DNA of 64,000 nucleotides from Octopus sinensis (GCF_006345805.1 NC_042997.1:183644001-183708000), one strand, 5' to 3'; positions 49,161 to 62,635 are shown, counted from the stretch's first letter. Program-made: numbers and translations. The notes: generated by a model not told the origin, from the sequence alone.

Positions 49161-49787
49161 GTACAAAATGGCAAAGATAAAATTAATACGCGGTTGGATT
49201 TAAATACAAACAGAAGATTTAGATATAAGCATGTTTTTCTATGGCAAAATGGATTTAGAACAAGAAACTGCGCACAATTGCATGCAGTTAGTGATAATAA
49301 ATGGTTATTGTGAAGAAGTAACTGGACGTGGCTTACATAAATTTGATCCAACAAATTATAGAAATAAAAACATAGAAACCCGCTACTAGAACAGCGAGGT
49401 AAAAAAAAAAAATAGCAGCTTGAATCCGAGCAAGAATCTGAATTGCGAGAAATACAATATTTATTTAACAAATTGGAATTAAAAAACGGAACGTAGTGAA
49501 CTTGGCAGGAATATTTGTCTAGTTGCTATGGAGATTTTATAAGGTAAACAAAATTAGTAATACTTTGGTTATATCTATACATATTATGTTGGTAATAGTG
49601 AGAGAAAAGATCTTGCGCTATCACCATGACAACATTTGGTACGAAATTATAAATTCATCGGTTTGTTAAAAGATTTTGAGCATGTGTGCTTCTATATATG
49701 TATGTATTAACGTATGAATACACACACATGCACCACACACACACACACACACCACACACACACACACACACACCACACACACACATG

Positions 49788-49829
<42 letters not shown>

Positions 49830-50663
49830 ACACACACACACACAGAGGAAGAGAGATGAGCCTCTCTTAGGACTAAGACTGCATTCACAAATCATTTATC
49901 ATACTTCACGGGATTCTGACGCTGTATAGCACAATCCCTACAGGGATATATTTATAAATAATGTATGTATATATATGCATGTATGTATGTATGCATATAC
50001 ATTAGTAAATAAATGGCAAAAGAACATTATGTAATCACATTCATTGCCTTACAGTTGTTTCCGCTATAGAGAGCTGTGCACTCAGGTAATTGATGGCGTA
50101 ACATCTAATAGCTTTACCAGAACTATAATTTACATTGTCACACCATCGTTCACACCCGAATGCACAGTTCCTTCTAGCAGAAACGGCTCTAAGCCAATAA
50201 ATGTGATTACGTAGCTCTTGAATTTTTTTGTCGTTTACTTACTAATTTCCAAATGATTTCCGTCTGCTGCATTTCATCAACGTAGCTTTGATCGGCCTGA
50301 AGTTATGGTCTATTGCAGCCCGAGACTATACATATATACCTGCAAACTGCTGTAGATTTGCAATCAATTGCATATTCTGTCAAATGCATATTCTGTGTTC
50401 TAGGGTGTTCAGTGATGTTTTCATGCGAAAACCGGTTGCATATGCCCCTCTGATGAATCTTAATCTATCTTTTGACTTACATCAAATCACACGATCATTG
50501 CAGAGCAACTAATTCTTGATTTGCTATATGAAATATTCTGTTTCGTAACATCAGCAATAAGACTCTTCCCCAGAGATTTATGGTATAGAAATATGATTGC
50601 CATAGCATATCCTCAAGTACTGCGTTTATTATATACGAATTGGCAGACTCGCTAGAGTTCCTT

Positions 50664-51106
50664 ACTCTTTTACTCTTTTACTTGTTTCAGTCATTTGACT
50701 GCGGCCATGCTGGAGCACCGCCTTTAGTCGAGCAAATCGACCCCAGGACTTGTTCTTTGTAAGTCTAGTACATATTCTATTGGGCCCCTTTTGCCGAACC
50801 GCTAAGTTACAGGGACGTAAACACACCAGCATCGGTTGTCAAGCGATGTTGGGTGGACAAACACAAACACAGACACGCAAACGTACACACACACACACCA
50901 CACACACACACACACACACACCACACATATATATATATATATATACGACGGGCTTCTTTCAGTTTCCCTCTACCAAATCCACTCACAAGGCTTTGGTCGG
51001 CCCGAGGCTATAGTAGAAGACACTTGCCCAAGGTGCCACGCAGTGGGAATGAACCCGGAACCATGTGGTTGATAAGCAAGCTACTTACCACACAGCCACT
51101 CCTACG
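50664..51106 (-). mobile_element. Family B SINE
   Basis: Reverse complement of the consensus. Confidence 0.9.
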
Positions 51107-51556
51107 CCTTGCGGTATTTTTTCCAACACTTTACATTCAGAGTTCAAATTCTAAGGGTGTCGATAAAATAAAATACTAGTCTAAGGCAGAGAATTAATGG
51201 AATTGCTAGCATTTCGGGGAAAGTGGCCTGTTATATTAGTTCTAACTTTTTATGTTCTGAGTTCGAATTCTGCCGATGTCCATTTCGCCTTTTGTCCTTC
51301 AGGCATCGATAAAATAAAGTACCAGCCGAAGTATTAGGTTGCAGCCCTCAATCCCTCCTAGTATTATGTTTTTAAAGTTCAGTTAATGGGAAACAGTGCG
51401 AAAGAAGGTGTCAGTGTCGGTTTGGAATATCAAAGATACTTAAAACACGAGCGAAGTCATAGTACGATTACGAGTGACAGCCGAGTTTATTATAAATAAA
51501 TAAATATGTAATGAACAGCAACAGAATAGCTAAGTGTTGTTAATTTTATATAGCAA

Positions 51557-51993
51557 CTAGCAGCATAGCCCGGCGTTGCCCGGGTATGTAAGAGCCCCTA
51601 GTAGGCAACGACTAATCCCACTCTAGTCCTTTCCCTCTAGGGAACGAAGGCGCATGTGTATGTTGCAATGTCTTCTCTTCACTCGAATACTTCTGTGTAT
51701 ACGAATGTTCCTAGCTGTCCCTTTGGGCGATAAAAAGGTCGAGTTGTGTCCCCTAGACAGATTGTGTTTAATACACAAATCGGTTTGCTATGTGTGCCAT
51801 ATATGATTTAATTAACCGATTTTTTCCAGAACTGGGGGAACTTTTAGAAACTTTCGCTGCGTTAGTTTTGAATTATGACATTGGGCTATGTGTGTGTTAA
51901 GTTTCATCAAAATCGGTTGAAAGCCGTGGTCAGGGTGAGGGTACAACCTGACAGACACACAGACAGACAAACTGCCGTTTATATATAGAGAGA
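51557..51993 (-). mobile_element. Non-autonomous Helitron (copy E, short form of copy C)
   Basis: CTAG at 51557-51560, hairpin CCCGGCGTTGCCCGGG, TC end at 51993; both ends match copy C. Confidence 0.9.
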
Positions 51994-52576
51994 TGACTAA
52001 TATCGCTTTCAAATTTTGGCACAAGTCCAGCAATTTCGGCGGAGGAATAGATCGATAGGATCAACCCTAATGCTCAACTAGTACTTATTTTATCGACGTC
52101 GCTTGACAGCCAATGGTGGTGTGTTTACGTCCCCGTTACTTAGCGGTTCGGCAAAAGGGGCCCAATAGAATAAGTACTAGGCTTACAAAGAACAAGTCCT
52201 GGGGTCGATTTGCTCGACTAAAGGCGCTACTCCAGCATGGCCACAGTCACATGACTGAAACAAGTAAAATAGTAAAAGAGTAAAGAGTCCGGGAACGTTT
52301 CGAGTACCATCTCGTACGTTTCAAAAATGGAATGCGTAACAAACTCAAAACATTCGTTGGCAAAGCATATTAATTAACTAAAATACTGAGACAGCCAGTA
52401 TGAGGATGAATTCTAAACGAATTTATTTGTGTTTAATAAACATATGTTCAGTTCCACTATATAAGAAGAATTTGTTTTAAACTAAACGGCTCTCTCTCTG
52501 CTCTCTAGCTTTTCCTTAGAGATTTGTTGCATGCAAATCTTCTTTTAAATGCCTTAGCATATCTCGTAGTATTGCA

Positions 52577-52620
<44 letters not shown>

Positions 52621-53357
52621 CACATACACACACACACACATACACACACACACACATACCCATATCCATATGAGATGATACTTAAAACATTTAGCTATAC
52701 AAACACACACATAAACACGGTATTTAAGAGCTCAGTTAATAATACATACATACGCCCACACTACAGCCGATTTCCCGACAACCAATGATTCGGCATTTCT
52801 TTTAATCGGGACATAATTGTGCAAGGACACTGACTTTCTCGTAGTAACTTGTCCGCTATCACGTTCTGAATTCAAATTCCGCCGAGGTCGACGACTTTTC
52901 CTTTCATCCTTTCGGGGTCGATAAACTAAGTACCAGTTGCGTACTGTGGCGATCTAATCGACTGGGCCCCTCCCCAAAAATTTCGGGCTTGTGCTTAGAG
53001 TAGGAAAGAACTTTTCCGCTATCAAACCTTCACGTTATACATTTGTTTATTCGCCAGAACCATAACATGAATGTGGAAACACTCTCCCTACAGTTAACTA
53101 TAATAAACAAATGCTAACCCTCTGAGGACCTTCTTTCTGTGAAGAGCAAGACATTTGATAACAACTTTCCAGCGTAGAATTACAATGTCCCAACATGAAA
53201 GATGAAAAGATAAATATACACCCTTTGCAGTTATGTTTCTAGAGAGGTGGGGGACGGTGGGAGCCCATTAGTTAGGAGATTAACGGGTGGTAAAATATTT
53301 TTTATTTTAAATATTTATACCTTCATGTTGTGAAGGCGCATAGTTTAGTGGTTAGAG

Positions 53358-53558
53358 CAGTGCTTTTGAAACTTTTTGCTGGAGTGGAACCCCAAGGAAA
53401 CATTCCACTGGCTCGAGGAACTCCTGTGCAATAATTTAATAGCCTTATGCACACATATCTGCACAGGAGAATTAAAAATTACTGCCGATTTTAGCAGTTT
53501 TGTAACTTCTTGCGGAACCCCTGGACTCTACTGGCGGAACCCTGGTTGAAAGCCACTG
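53358..53558. mobile_element. hAT (Charlie-like) MITE
   Basis: Ends CAGTGCTTTTGAAAC and GTTGAAAGCCACTG; perfect 8-bp TSD GGTTAGAG at 53350 and 53559. Confidence 0.9.
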
Positions 53559-53763
53559 GGTTAGAGCGTCGATCTCACAATGATGAAGTTGTTAGTTGGA
53601 TTCCCGGACCGGGATGTGTGTTGCGTTCTTGATCAAGACACTTTATTTCACGTTTCTCCAGCTCACTCAGCTGTAGAGAATTGCAACGTCACTGGTGCCA
53701 AACTGTACTAGCCTTTGGATAACATCGGGGACGTAGAGAGGAGAGACCGGTATGCATTGGTGA

Positions 53764-53996
53764 AAAGCGGCGAGCTGGCAGAATCGTTAGCACGTCGGGC
53801 GAAATGCTTAGCAGTATTTCGTCTGCCGCTACGTTGTGAGTTCAAATTCCGCCGAGGTCGACTTTACCTTTCATCCTTTCGGGGTCGATAAATTAAGTAC
53901 CAGTTACGCACTAGGGTCGATGTAATCGACTTAATACCTATGTCTGTCCTTGTCTGTCCCCTCTATGTTTAGCCCCTTGTGGGTAATAAAGAAATA
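53764..53996 (+). mobile_element. Family A SINE
   Basis: 15-bp TSD GGTATGCATTGGTGA at 53749 and 53997. Confidence 0.9.
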
Positions 53997-54709
53997 GGTA
54001 TGCATTGGTGATCACCTGGACTTGTACCTCGGAGGAAAACTTTCTAGAGGCCCTAACCCCACCCCGAAGGTAGGGTATCTACCTTCATGATCTTTTAGCT
54101 GAAGAACTGAAAGACATGAATAAACGAAGGTGTATCGTGAAGGTTTCGTTACGAAAAAGTTATTAATAGCGTGGCACCAAATCTACTATGAATTTACATT
54201 GAATTATTACTATGTAGCTTCTGTTAATTCGCCAAAACGATTAATCCAGCAAAGGTCTGGAACCAGGGATACCGGATAATAAATATCTTTCTTTCTCCCT
54301 CTTCCATGAAGAACTAGGTACAATCACTGCACTTGCGAATTTTATCAAAGAGGATTCGAAAGCTGAGCTTAATAATGGCACAGATGCATCGCTTGTGATA
54401 GAAATTTTGTTGAGTGATACCTTTGTATAGAGGGAAAATTATTCTACCAACCAATGTGTACAATTTAAAACGACATACATATATCAATTAAGGAAAAAGT
54501 CACGCCCATTTTTGCCTTACTTTCAGTGCAATTCTTGTACGTGTACGTATAAGTACGTGTACACACACACACACACACAACACACACAATGTATGTATAT
54601 ATAGTGCATATTATGTGTACGTGTGTTTATATTATAATTCTCCAATTCACCTTCCTCAATACTACTACTACTACTACTACCAACAACTACTTCTACCAAC
54701 TACTACTAC

Positions 54710-54743
<34 letters not shown>

Positions 54744-55037
54744 TGTTTTAAAATTTTGACACAAGGCCAGCAAGCTCGGAGGGAGGAGGCAAGTCGACTA
54801 CATCGATCCCAATGCTCAACTGGCACTTATTTTATCGACCCACCAACTGGTGTTGGTGTGTGTTTACATCTTCATAACTTAGCGGTTTGGCAAACGACCG
54901 AGAGAATAAGTACCAGGTTTAAAAAAAAAAACAATACTAGGGTCGGTCAATTTGTTGGACTAAAATTCTTCAAGGCGGTGCCCCAGAATGGCCACAGTCT
55001 AATAGCTGAAACAAGTAAAGGTAAATAAAAAAAAAAA

Positions 55038-55351
55038 AACTTCGGTCATGAATGTACCTAGAAAGTTCCCCTCCGAGGGACAAGTTCGTAAAAGGTTGCT
55101 TATAGAAGACCAGCGGTCGCCCATGCACACCATGCCTCGTCTCTCCACGACACCGATGTCGTCCAAGGGAAAGGCCGATCATAGCTTGGCACCAATAACA
55201 TCGCAATTCGTTTCTACAGTTGAGTGAACTGGAGCAACATGAAATAAAGCGACTTGCTCAAGAACACAACACACAGCTCGGTCCAGGAATCGAACTCCCT
55301 ATCTCATGATTAAGAGTCCAACGCTCTAACCACCGAAACACGCGCCTTCAC
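55038..55351 (-). mobile_element. Family C SINE
   Basis: Reverse-complement homology to 538-860. Confidence 0.8.
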
Positions 55352-55506
55352 GAGCAGAAGCAACTAAAATGTAAGATATAAAGATATGCATGTACACATC
55401 AGCGCGCGAACACACACACACACACTACGTTGGTGAATGACAATGCATGCACTAAACTACCTTTTTATCACTGTCAATACCTCTAAACGGGTATTTATGT
55501 AATCTT

Positions 55507-55710
55507 ACTCTTTTACTTGTTTCAGTCATTTGACTGCGGCCATGCTGGAGCACCGCCTTTAGTCGAGCAAATCGACCCCAGGACTTATTCTTTGGAGGCC
55601 TAGTACTTATTCTATCGGTCTCTTTTGCCGAACCGCTAAGTTACTGGGACGCAAACACACCAGCATCGGTTGTCAAGCGATGTTGAGGGGAACAAACACA
55701 GACGTACAAA

Positions 55711-55748
<38 letters not shown>

Positions 55749-55753
55749 TAATA

Positions 55754-55801
<48 letters not shown>

Positions 55802-55953
55802 GAGGGGCTTCTTTCAGTTTCCATCTCCAAATCCACTCACAAGGCTTTGGTTGGCCCGAGGCTATAGTAGAAGACACTTGCCCAAAGTGCCACGCAGTGG
55901 GACTGAACCCGGAACCATGTGGTTAGTAAGCAAGCTACTTAGCACACAGCCAC
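55507..55953 (-). mobile_element. Family B SINE
   Basis: Reverse complement of the consensus. Confidence 0.9.
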
Positions 55954-56160
55954 TAACATTTCACCAATTTTTTGAGTGATGGTGGAAATCACCAACGGAT
56001 TGGTAGGAGCATAACTAAGAGGTGTTTCTACTTGCGGAATCCACACGCACTTGACCTGACTTTAATACACTACGAAGTTTATTTAAAGGTCAACCAAGAC
56101 GTTGTTTACAACAAACCGTTTCTTTGAATGCGTTTGCTCCTCAGTTTCGCTGAACAATGC

Positions 56161-56261
<101 letters not shown>

Positions 56262-56544
56262 GAAAAGGTTAAGAGGTTTCGCGCACGATTAAACTTATAT
56301 TAGAAAAGAGGAGAAAACAGAATATGTTTTGAGAACTGTGTACTTACAGCAACATGTGAACTTCCAGAACTGATATCATGGAAGATTAGTCTAATTTGAT
56401 TTATTTCAATTTATCTTCTCCTTTTCTTTATTTCACCATGACTAAATCGTCTTTTTAAAGCGATTAAAACCGGTAGCATAAAAATGTAAATACTTTTTTA
56501 CTTTTATGCATGATAAAGTTCTGAAAGTATTTTCTTCTTTTTTG

Positions 56545-56575
<31 letters not shown>

Positions 56576-56631
56576 CATACATACATACATACATACATAC
56601 ATACATGCATACATACATACATACATACATA

Positions 56632-56909
56632 AAGTGGCAGACTGGCCAGGTTGCCAGCTTGCCCGATGGTAAGTGGGCCTCTGCACCATTAGAATCCATA
56701 TATGGAGGCCCATGTTAGCATCTAATTATTTTAGCCTGGCTGTGTTTGTAGACAGTTGAAAATAATACCTTTAACAAAGAAAAAATTAAATGATAGCATT
56801 GTAGTTGCGAGTGGGCCTCGATGAAGTTGCGGGTGCCCCCCCCCTTGTAGTTGCAGGTGGGCCCCTTAGTCTCCTGGCAACCAATATTTTTAGATCCAGT
56901 TCGCCACTG
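56632..56909. mobile_element. hAT-like MITE inserted in (CATA)n
   Basis: Ends AAGTGGCAGACTGG and CCAGTTCGCCACTG; 8-bp flanks CATACATA/CGTACATA. Confidence 0.75.
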
Positions 56910-56939
56910 CGTACATACATACATACAAACATTCATACA

Positions 56940-56973
<34 letters not shown>

Positions 56974-57530
56974 CATACGCGCGCACACGTACATGCGTGT
57001 GATTAGATGTATACAGATGGTGGAATATATAGCCCTTGGAATCCTTTTAAATACACATAGTTACGAATTTATAGGTCAGTATTGTATATATGTATACTGG
57101 TATGTTATTTAATGTTGCTGTAAATATTAGTCAGTAATCTTTTTAAAAGTCATATGTTGTAAAGAATATCAAAAAAAAACAAACAAAAAGATCTATTTAA
57201 AAAGAATCCTGCTCTCGAATATGGCTCTTGTCTATTTCGATTCAGATTGTTATGCCGAACGCAACTTTTGAAATGAAATACACCTTCAAGATATGAGCAA
57301 TTCTTCCGAATTTGAACTCATTGTAATTACTGCACATGTTATTTGAGTAATGAAAGACAAGAAAGGCATTTTGAGATGAAATCCAAGTCGCGCTCATTCC
57401 GAAATTGAATCTCGTGTAAACTGCATCAATGATTCACTCAAGAAAGCTTTTGCAACGAAACTGTTTAAGTGAATGAGTGTGTTACGTAATTTTCAAATTT
57501 CCACCATCATCACTATCACTTTCTTTCCCT

Positions 57531-57577
<47 letters not shown>

Positions 57578-57655
57578 TCTATCTCTCTCAACGTCTCTTT
57601 ATGTTTATATAAATGGTTCGCTGATTCTATCTATTCCATTATAAGAGAGAGAAAG

Positions 57656-57888
57656 AAGGCGGCGAGCTGGCAGACACGTTAGCGCGCCGGGCGAAATGCT
57701 TAGCGGTATTTCGTCTGTCGTTACGTTCTGAGTTCAAATTCCGCCGAGGTCGACTTTGCCTTTCATCCTTTCGGGGTCGATAAATTAAGTACCAGTTTCG
57801 CACTGAGGTCAATGTAATCGACTTAATCCCTTTGTCTCTCCTTGTTTGTCCCCTCTATGTTTAGCCTCTTGTGGGTAATAAAGAAATA
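57656..57888 (+). mobile_element. Family A SINE
   Basis: 16-bp TSD TATAAGAGAGAGAAAG at 57640 and 57889. Confidence 0.9.
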
Positions 57889-57891
57889 TAT

Positions 57892-57923
<32 letters not shown>

Positions 57924-58203
57924 AAGAGAGAGAGAGATAGTGAAAAAGAGAGAAAATCGGAGAAATATGAAAAAGAGACTGTAAGAAGAAAATTGAGTTT
58001 GACGTATAGCCTCCATCTTTCTCTCTTTGATGTGTCCCCTAGATTCCCAATATCTTTCTATTGGACTCTTCCAGAGAGACACAAAGAGCAACAAATATTG
58101 TCATTACTATTCCATTTCAGCTATCTGTCGCAGGTCTTACATCGGAGTTTCCTTCTCCTAAAGAGATGCCTAAACAAAGACAAAGGGTCTCTCATTTTCA
58201 GCT

Positions 58204-58524
58204 TGTAGGGAATACGACCGTACGTAAGTAGTTGGTGACAAATGTTTCCTCAAACAGATAGGATATCAGTCAGGCTACAGAGCCTCCCACCAGACGTTTT
58301 GTCGTAGACAAAATGGCGATAAAATGGACATTCTGCAGCGAAGATGATATCCGAACGGTTGGTCAAATAAACTGGCACTAGGTCAATAAATGGGACGTTC
58401 GAGTGAACGTAAGGCCCGTGAGAATAATAATGACTGCATGATTAAAAACGAGGGCCACCAGTGTAGAGAATACGACCGTACGTAAGGAGTCTCTTCAAAC
58501 AGTGAGGATATCAGTCACGCTACA
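58204..58524 (-). mobile_element. Candidate TRIM / miniature LTR retroelement
   Basis: Direct repeats 58204-58279 and 58462-58524, each TGTAG...CTACA; minus-strand TGGTGGCCC 1 nt inside one repeat; GGTGGGAGG next to the other; flanks AGCT/AGTT. Confidence 0.65.
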
Positions 58525-58744
58525 AGTTGTTTGATGGTCGTTTAGTCTATTGAACTCATTCTCCCTTTGTCGTGTTTTGTTTATCGTCCTACATGGTGTT
58601 CAACGAAAACCACCCTCGTTATTGAGCAGACTTAGTAGGGGACAGCTCGACCATGCGAGAAGCTATTCTGAGTAGCATGTTACATGTCACCAGTAGCACT
58701 AAGGGTAAAGTGACATACACATATACATATGGTATTATCTACCG

Positions 58745-59030
58745 ATGAGACATGATGTTGTAACTAAAACACTGTATAATGAGATCGGTTTGAAGGATAA
58801 CCCTGAGGCGAAAGAAATAAGAACCCACAGTATGGTAGAAGCCATAGCCACTCATAATAAGTAGGAGTACTGGTGGGATGTCCTGGTGAAAGCCTCAATA
58901 AAATGTAAGCATAACAGACCTGACATTGTGATTTGGGATAGACAAGAGAAACGGTGTACAATTGTGGAAATCAGCTGTCCAGTAGATGTTAACATAAAAC
59001 TAAAGATCAGCAATATAATCAATATTGTAA
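58745..59030 (+). pseudogene. RLE endonuclease domain fragment of an R4/Dong/HERO-type LINE
   Basis: RHDVVTKTLYNEI...EYWWDVLV..KCKHNRPDIVIWDRQEKRCTIVEISCPVDVNI (PD-(D/E)xK type). Confidence 0.85.
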
Positions 59031-59375
59031 AACAATAGATTATAAGAAGAACATCTACTTGTAAAAGCCATGCCAAAAATAATGGCAAAACAACAATGGT
59101 TTGCTCTTTTTCTTTGTTGCACCATGTACCAGATGATGTAGAGCCGTGACAGGTAGCTTAACGCTGTGAGACCCGTCCAAGCCTTATTAGCATAGGTGTC
59201 TAAAAATTGGTGATGATGATGATAAATGGTAGTAAATATTTATGTGTATGTACATGTATGTTATCAAAATGAGGTTTTCGGGTTTCTTTTATTTTTGAAG
59301 ATTCAAGTTTTCGCTTCAATCACGAAAGAATTTGTATTCACTTCGATCAATCACAAGACTAATTTTTATCCACTG

Positions 59376-59432
<57 letters not shown>

Positions 59433-60145
59433 TCTCTCTCTCACACACACACACACTCTCTCTCACACACACACTCTCTCTCTCACACACACACTCTCTT
59501 TCTTTCTTTCTTTCTGTCTCTCTCCCCCTCTCTCTCTCTCTTTCCAGCTACCTCCCTCTCTCTCTCTCTCTCGTCTCTATTTAATTATTTTCATTAAAAA
59601 CAATTGATTACAAAGTTTTTCTTTCAAACACTTTGAGAATATTTGCGAAAAATTTTACACAATAATTTTATCACATCAAATTACGTACAATTTTTCATCG
59701 CAACAGCGTAGGGATAGAAGGGTAAGTGAATCAGTGCAAAACAGGGCAAAACAACTGAAGCAAGTGTTAAAATACTCGTAGGCGTAGAAAATATGATTGT
59801 ATCTGCTACACATGAGAGACTGACTAGGATGTCTGAAGAAGAGAATAATCTATTTCAAAACAATGCACCGAGCCAGCGTTCACAGTCTGTGAATATTCAG
59901 GTGCCAATTAATAATCAACGTTAGATGGACAGGATATACAGACAAATATCTCATGCTAATAGAATAACATACATTTGTGAAGAAATAATTTTTTTTGGCA
60001 CATTTCAAGTAATGTAAGATAGAATGATAATTGTGAGAAAACGACATTCAAAAGTTATTTCATTGCATAACCAGTTTAAATATATTCTTGTGTGTAGGCA
60101 TATATATATATATATATATGTAGTATTGTATGTATGTATATATAT

Positions 60146-60223
<78 letters not shown>

Positions 60224-60227
<4 letters not shown>

Positions 60228-61456
60228 TCCTGGTTGTTTCTCAGCATGGTCTTGATGATTTCCCAGCAATCCTCCTCAAATCGTGGAAGCGTGCCCTGGC
60301 AAAACCCTTCCAGATTCTCTTCCAGAGCTTTCTTGCAAATGGCAGACTGCCAAGCAATCTGAAGAAGGGAATAATTTGCCCAATCCATAAAGGGGGAAGC
60401 AGAGCAGATGCCAAAAACTATAGGCCTATCTCTCCGACTTCACACATCAGCAAAGTCATAGAACGGATAGTCAGAGGGAAACTAATCGCATTCCTTGAAG
60501 AAAATAACTTTCTGAGTGATACCCAGCATGGCTTCCGACCAGGTAGGGGCTGCCTGACTCAGCTCTTACAACATTATGACAGGGTGTTGAGGCAGTTACT
60601 CAACAACTCAAATGTGGACGTAATATACCTTGATTTTGCAAAAGTTTTTGACAAAATGGTTTATGGTATGATATGCCACAAACTGCGTGATCTCAGCATA
60701 GCTGGAAACCTTGGAGAGTGGTTACATGACTTTCTGAAAGATAGTAGTCAGGCAGTAGTGGCTAATGGATCCACCTCTATGAACACACAAATAGTGAGCG
60801 GTGTTCCACAGGGCACTGTCTTGGGACCACTGCTTTTTATAGTGGCCCTCTCAGATATGCCCTCAAGTGCCCGGATAGCCACCCTTGCAAGCTACGCAGA
60901 CGATACGAAAGTCTCGCAGAAAATACAGAACCCCAGCGATGTTGCACATCTGCAGCAGGAGTTGGACTCAATTTACAGATGGGCTGAGGATAATAATATG
61001 CAGTTTAATGCTGAAAAACTGAATATGAATATGAAACTTACAGGGTACACTGATCCACAGGGAATTTCAATCCCAGAGCCTAAATCAGTGAGGGACCTGG
61101 CTATCGACATGAGTGATGATACCTCTTTCCAAGTGGCAACAAAGTGCAGACGACTGGCTGGATGGATCCTGAGAACATTCAGAACCAGAGATAAGGAAAC
61201 CATAATGGTCCTATTGAGGACATTCGTCCTCAGCCGCTTGGAATACTGCTCCCAGCTTTGGTCACCCAACAGTGTAAAATTAACAGCGGACCTTAAAGCA
61301 ATCCAGCGAAGATTCACAAAGAAGAATGTCTTTTTGCAACTGCTCAGCTACTGGGAAAGGCTGAAACAGCTAAGACTCTACTACTCCCTGGAGCGAATAT
61401 ATATATATCGTCTTGCTTTTTTTTTACCCCTCTGCGAAAAGATCTCAGAATTTTAA
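60224..61456 (+). mobile_element. 5'-truncated CR1-group LINE; open reverse transcriptase frame (410 aa)
   Basis: KNYRPISPTSHISKVIERI, QHGFRPGRGCLTQL, IYLDFAKVFD, GVPQGTVLGPLLF, YADD, LEYCSQLWSP. No endonuclease; flanked by (TA)n. LINE homology ends at about 61395. Confidence 0.95.
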
Positions 61457-62615
61457 TTGATTTGCTTTTCGCGGGAAGGAATTTTTCTTCGAAGTATACG
61501 TCTCGCTTTTATCCTTCGAAACGTTTAGTAGATGAAATCTTAGCGACTGAAGAAGGGGATTTTTCTTTGTGCTTATTGTCCTGTATCTCTCCTTTTTTTT
61601 TGCTTGTCTTGTTCCTCGGTTTGTGTCTATGTGTTTCGTCTCTCTATGTGTTCGACGTCTTTTTGGTGTCCTGTACACATATATGCGTGTATATGTACAT
61701 GTAGAGGTAGGTACGTACATATATGTTTATATATATGCATATGTTCTATTTTATTATTACACGATAACGTACACGACTAAACACGCACCCTATTAAGTAA
61801 GATTGTTCTGTTTATCAAGTTAGCCTTGATATAACTCTCACGCGACTCTGCATCTTTCTTTCTTTCTCTCCCATTCCCTTTTTCGTCTTTTTTTCCCTCA
61901 CTTAACTTGTCTCTTCCTCTCTCTCTCATTCTCTCTCTCCCTTTCACCATTCTTCATGGTCTCCTCGCACCATTCCCCTCTTTCTCTCTCTTCCTCTTGC
62001 TCCTCCTACCCCATTCCCGTCATCCATCTGCGACGATACTTCCGTCGTAACTGCTATCCTGTCCTTTCTCGCCCGCCTTGTAAGGCTTCTGGTCGACAAA
62101 TTTTCCCTCTCTCGTCTTCCACGATAATCCAGCGTTTGCAATACTTTTTTCGTCTGGCGTTACAGCCCTTCTTATCTTGTTCTCCTTGTCCTGTCCTCAC
62201 TGTTATAATTTATTTTTCCACTGTTTATATATATATATTTTACTGTTTATATGTTTGTACTGTCGTTACCGTCTTGCTTTTTTTTACCCCTCTGCGAAAA
62301 GATCTCAGAATTTTAATTGATTTGCTTTTCGCGGGAAGGAATTTTTCTTCGAAGTATACGTCTCGCTTTTATCCTTCGAAACGTTTAGTAGATGAATCTT
62401 AGCGACTGAAGAAGGGGATTTTTCTTTGTGCTTATTGTCCTGTATCTCTCCTTTTTTTTTGCTTGTCTTGTTCCTCGGTTTGTGTCTATGTGTTTCGTCT
62501 CTCTATGTGTTCGACGTCTTTTTGGTGTCCTGTACACATATATGCGTGTATATGTACATGTAGAGGTAGGTACGTACATATATGTTTATATATATGCATA
62601 TGTTCTATTTTATTA
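61409..62615 (+). mobile_element. ~1.4 units of an 861-nt head-to-tail repeat with split hammerhead-like motifs
   Basis: 61409-61757 is repeated at 62270-62615 (period 861) and is homologous to 29790-30600 and 26770-27092. Confidence 0.75.
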
Positions 62616-62635
62616 ACATATATATATATATATAT

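Larger units (their letters stand above)
53329..54050 (+). mobile_element. Family C SINE interrupted by a hAT MITE and a family A SINE
   Basis: Host homology resumes after each insert; see the nested features. Confidence 0.8.

Noticed and set aside
50055-50085. 31-nt AG...GT-bounded micro-exon candidate
   Set aside because: Not a multiple of three, weak pyrimidine tract, no corroborating evidence.
59730-59922. 64-codon frame ...MIVSATHERLTRMSEEENNLFQNNAPSQRSQSVNIQVPINNQR
   Set aside because: No recognisable domain or splice boundaries, and AT-rich codons typical of background.
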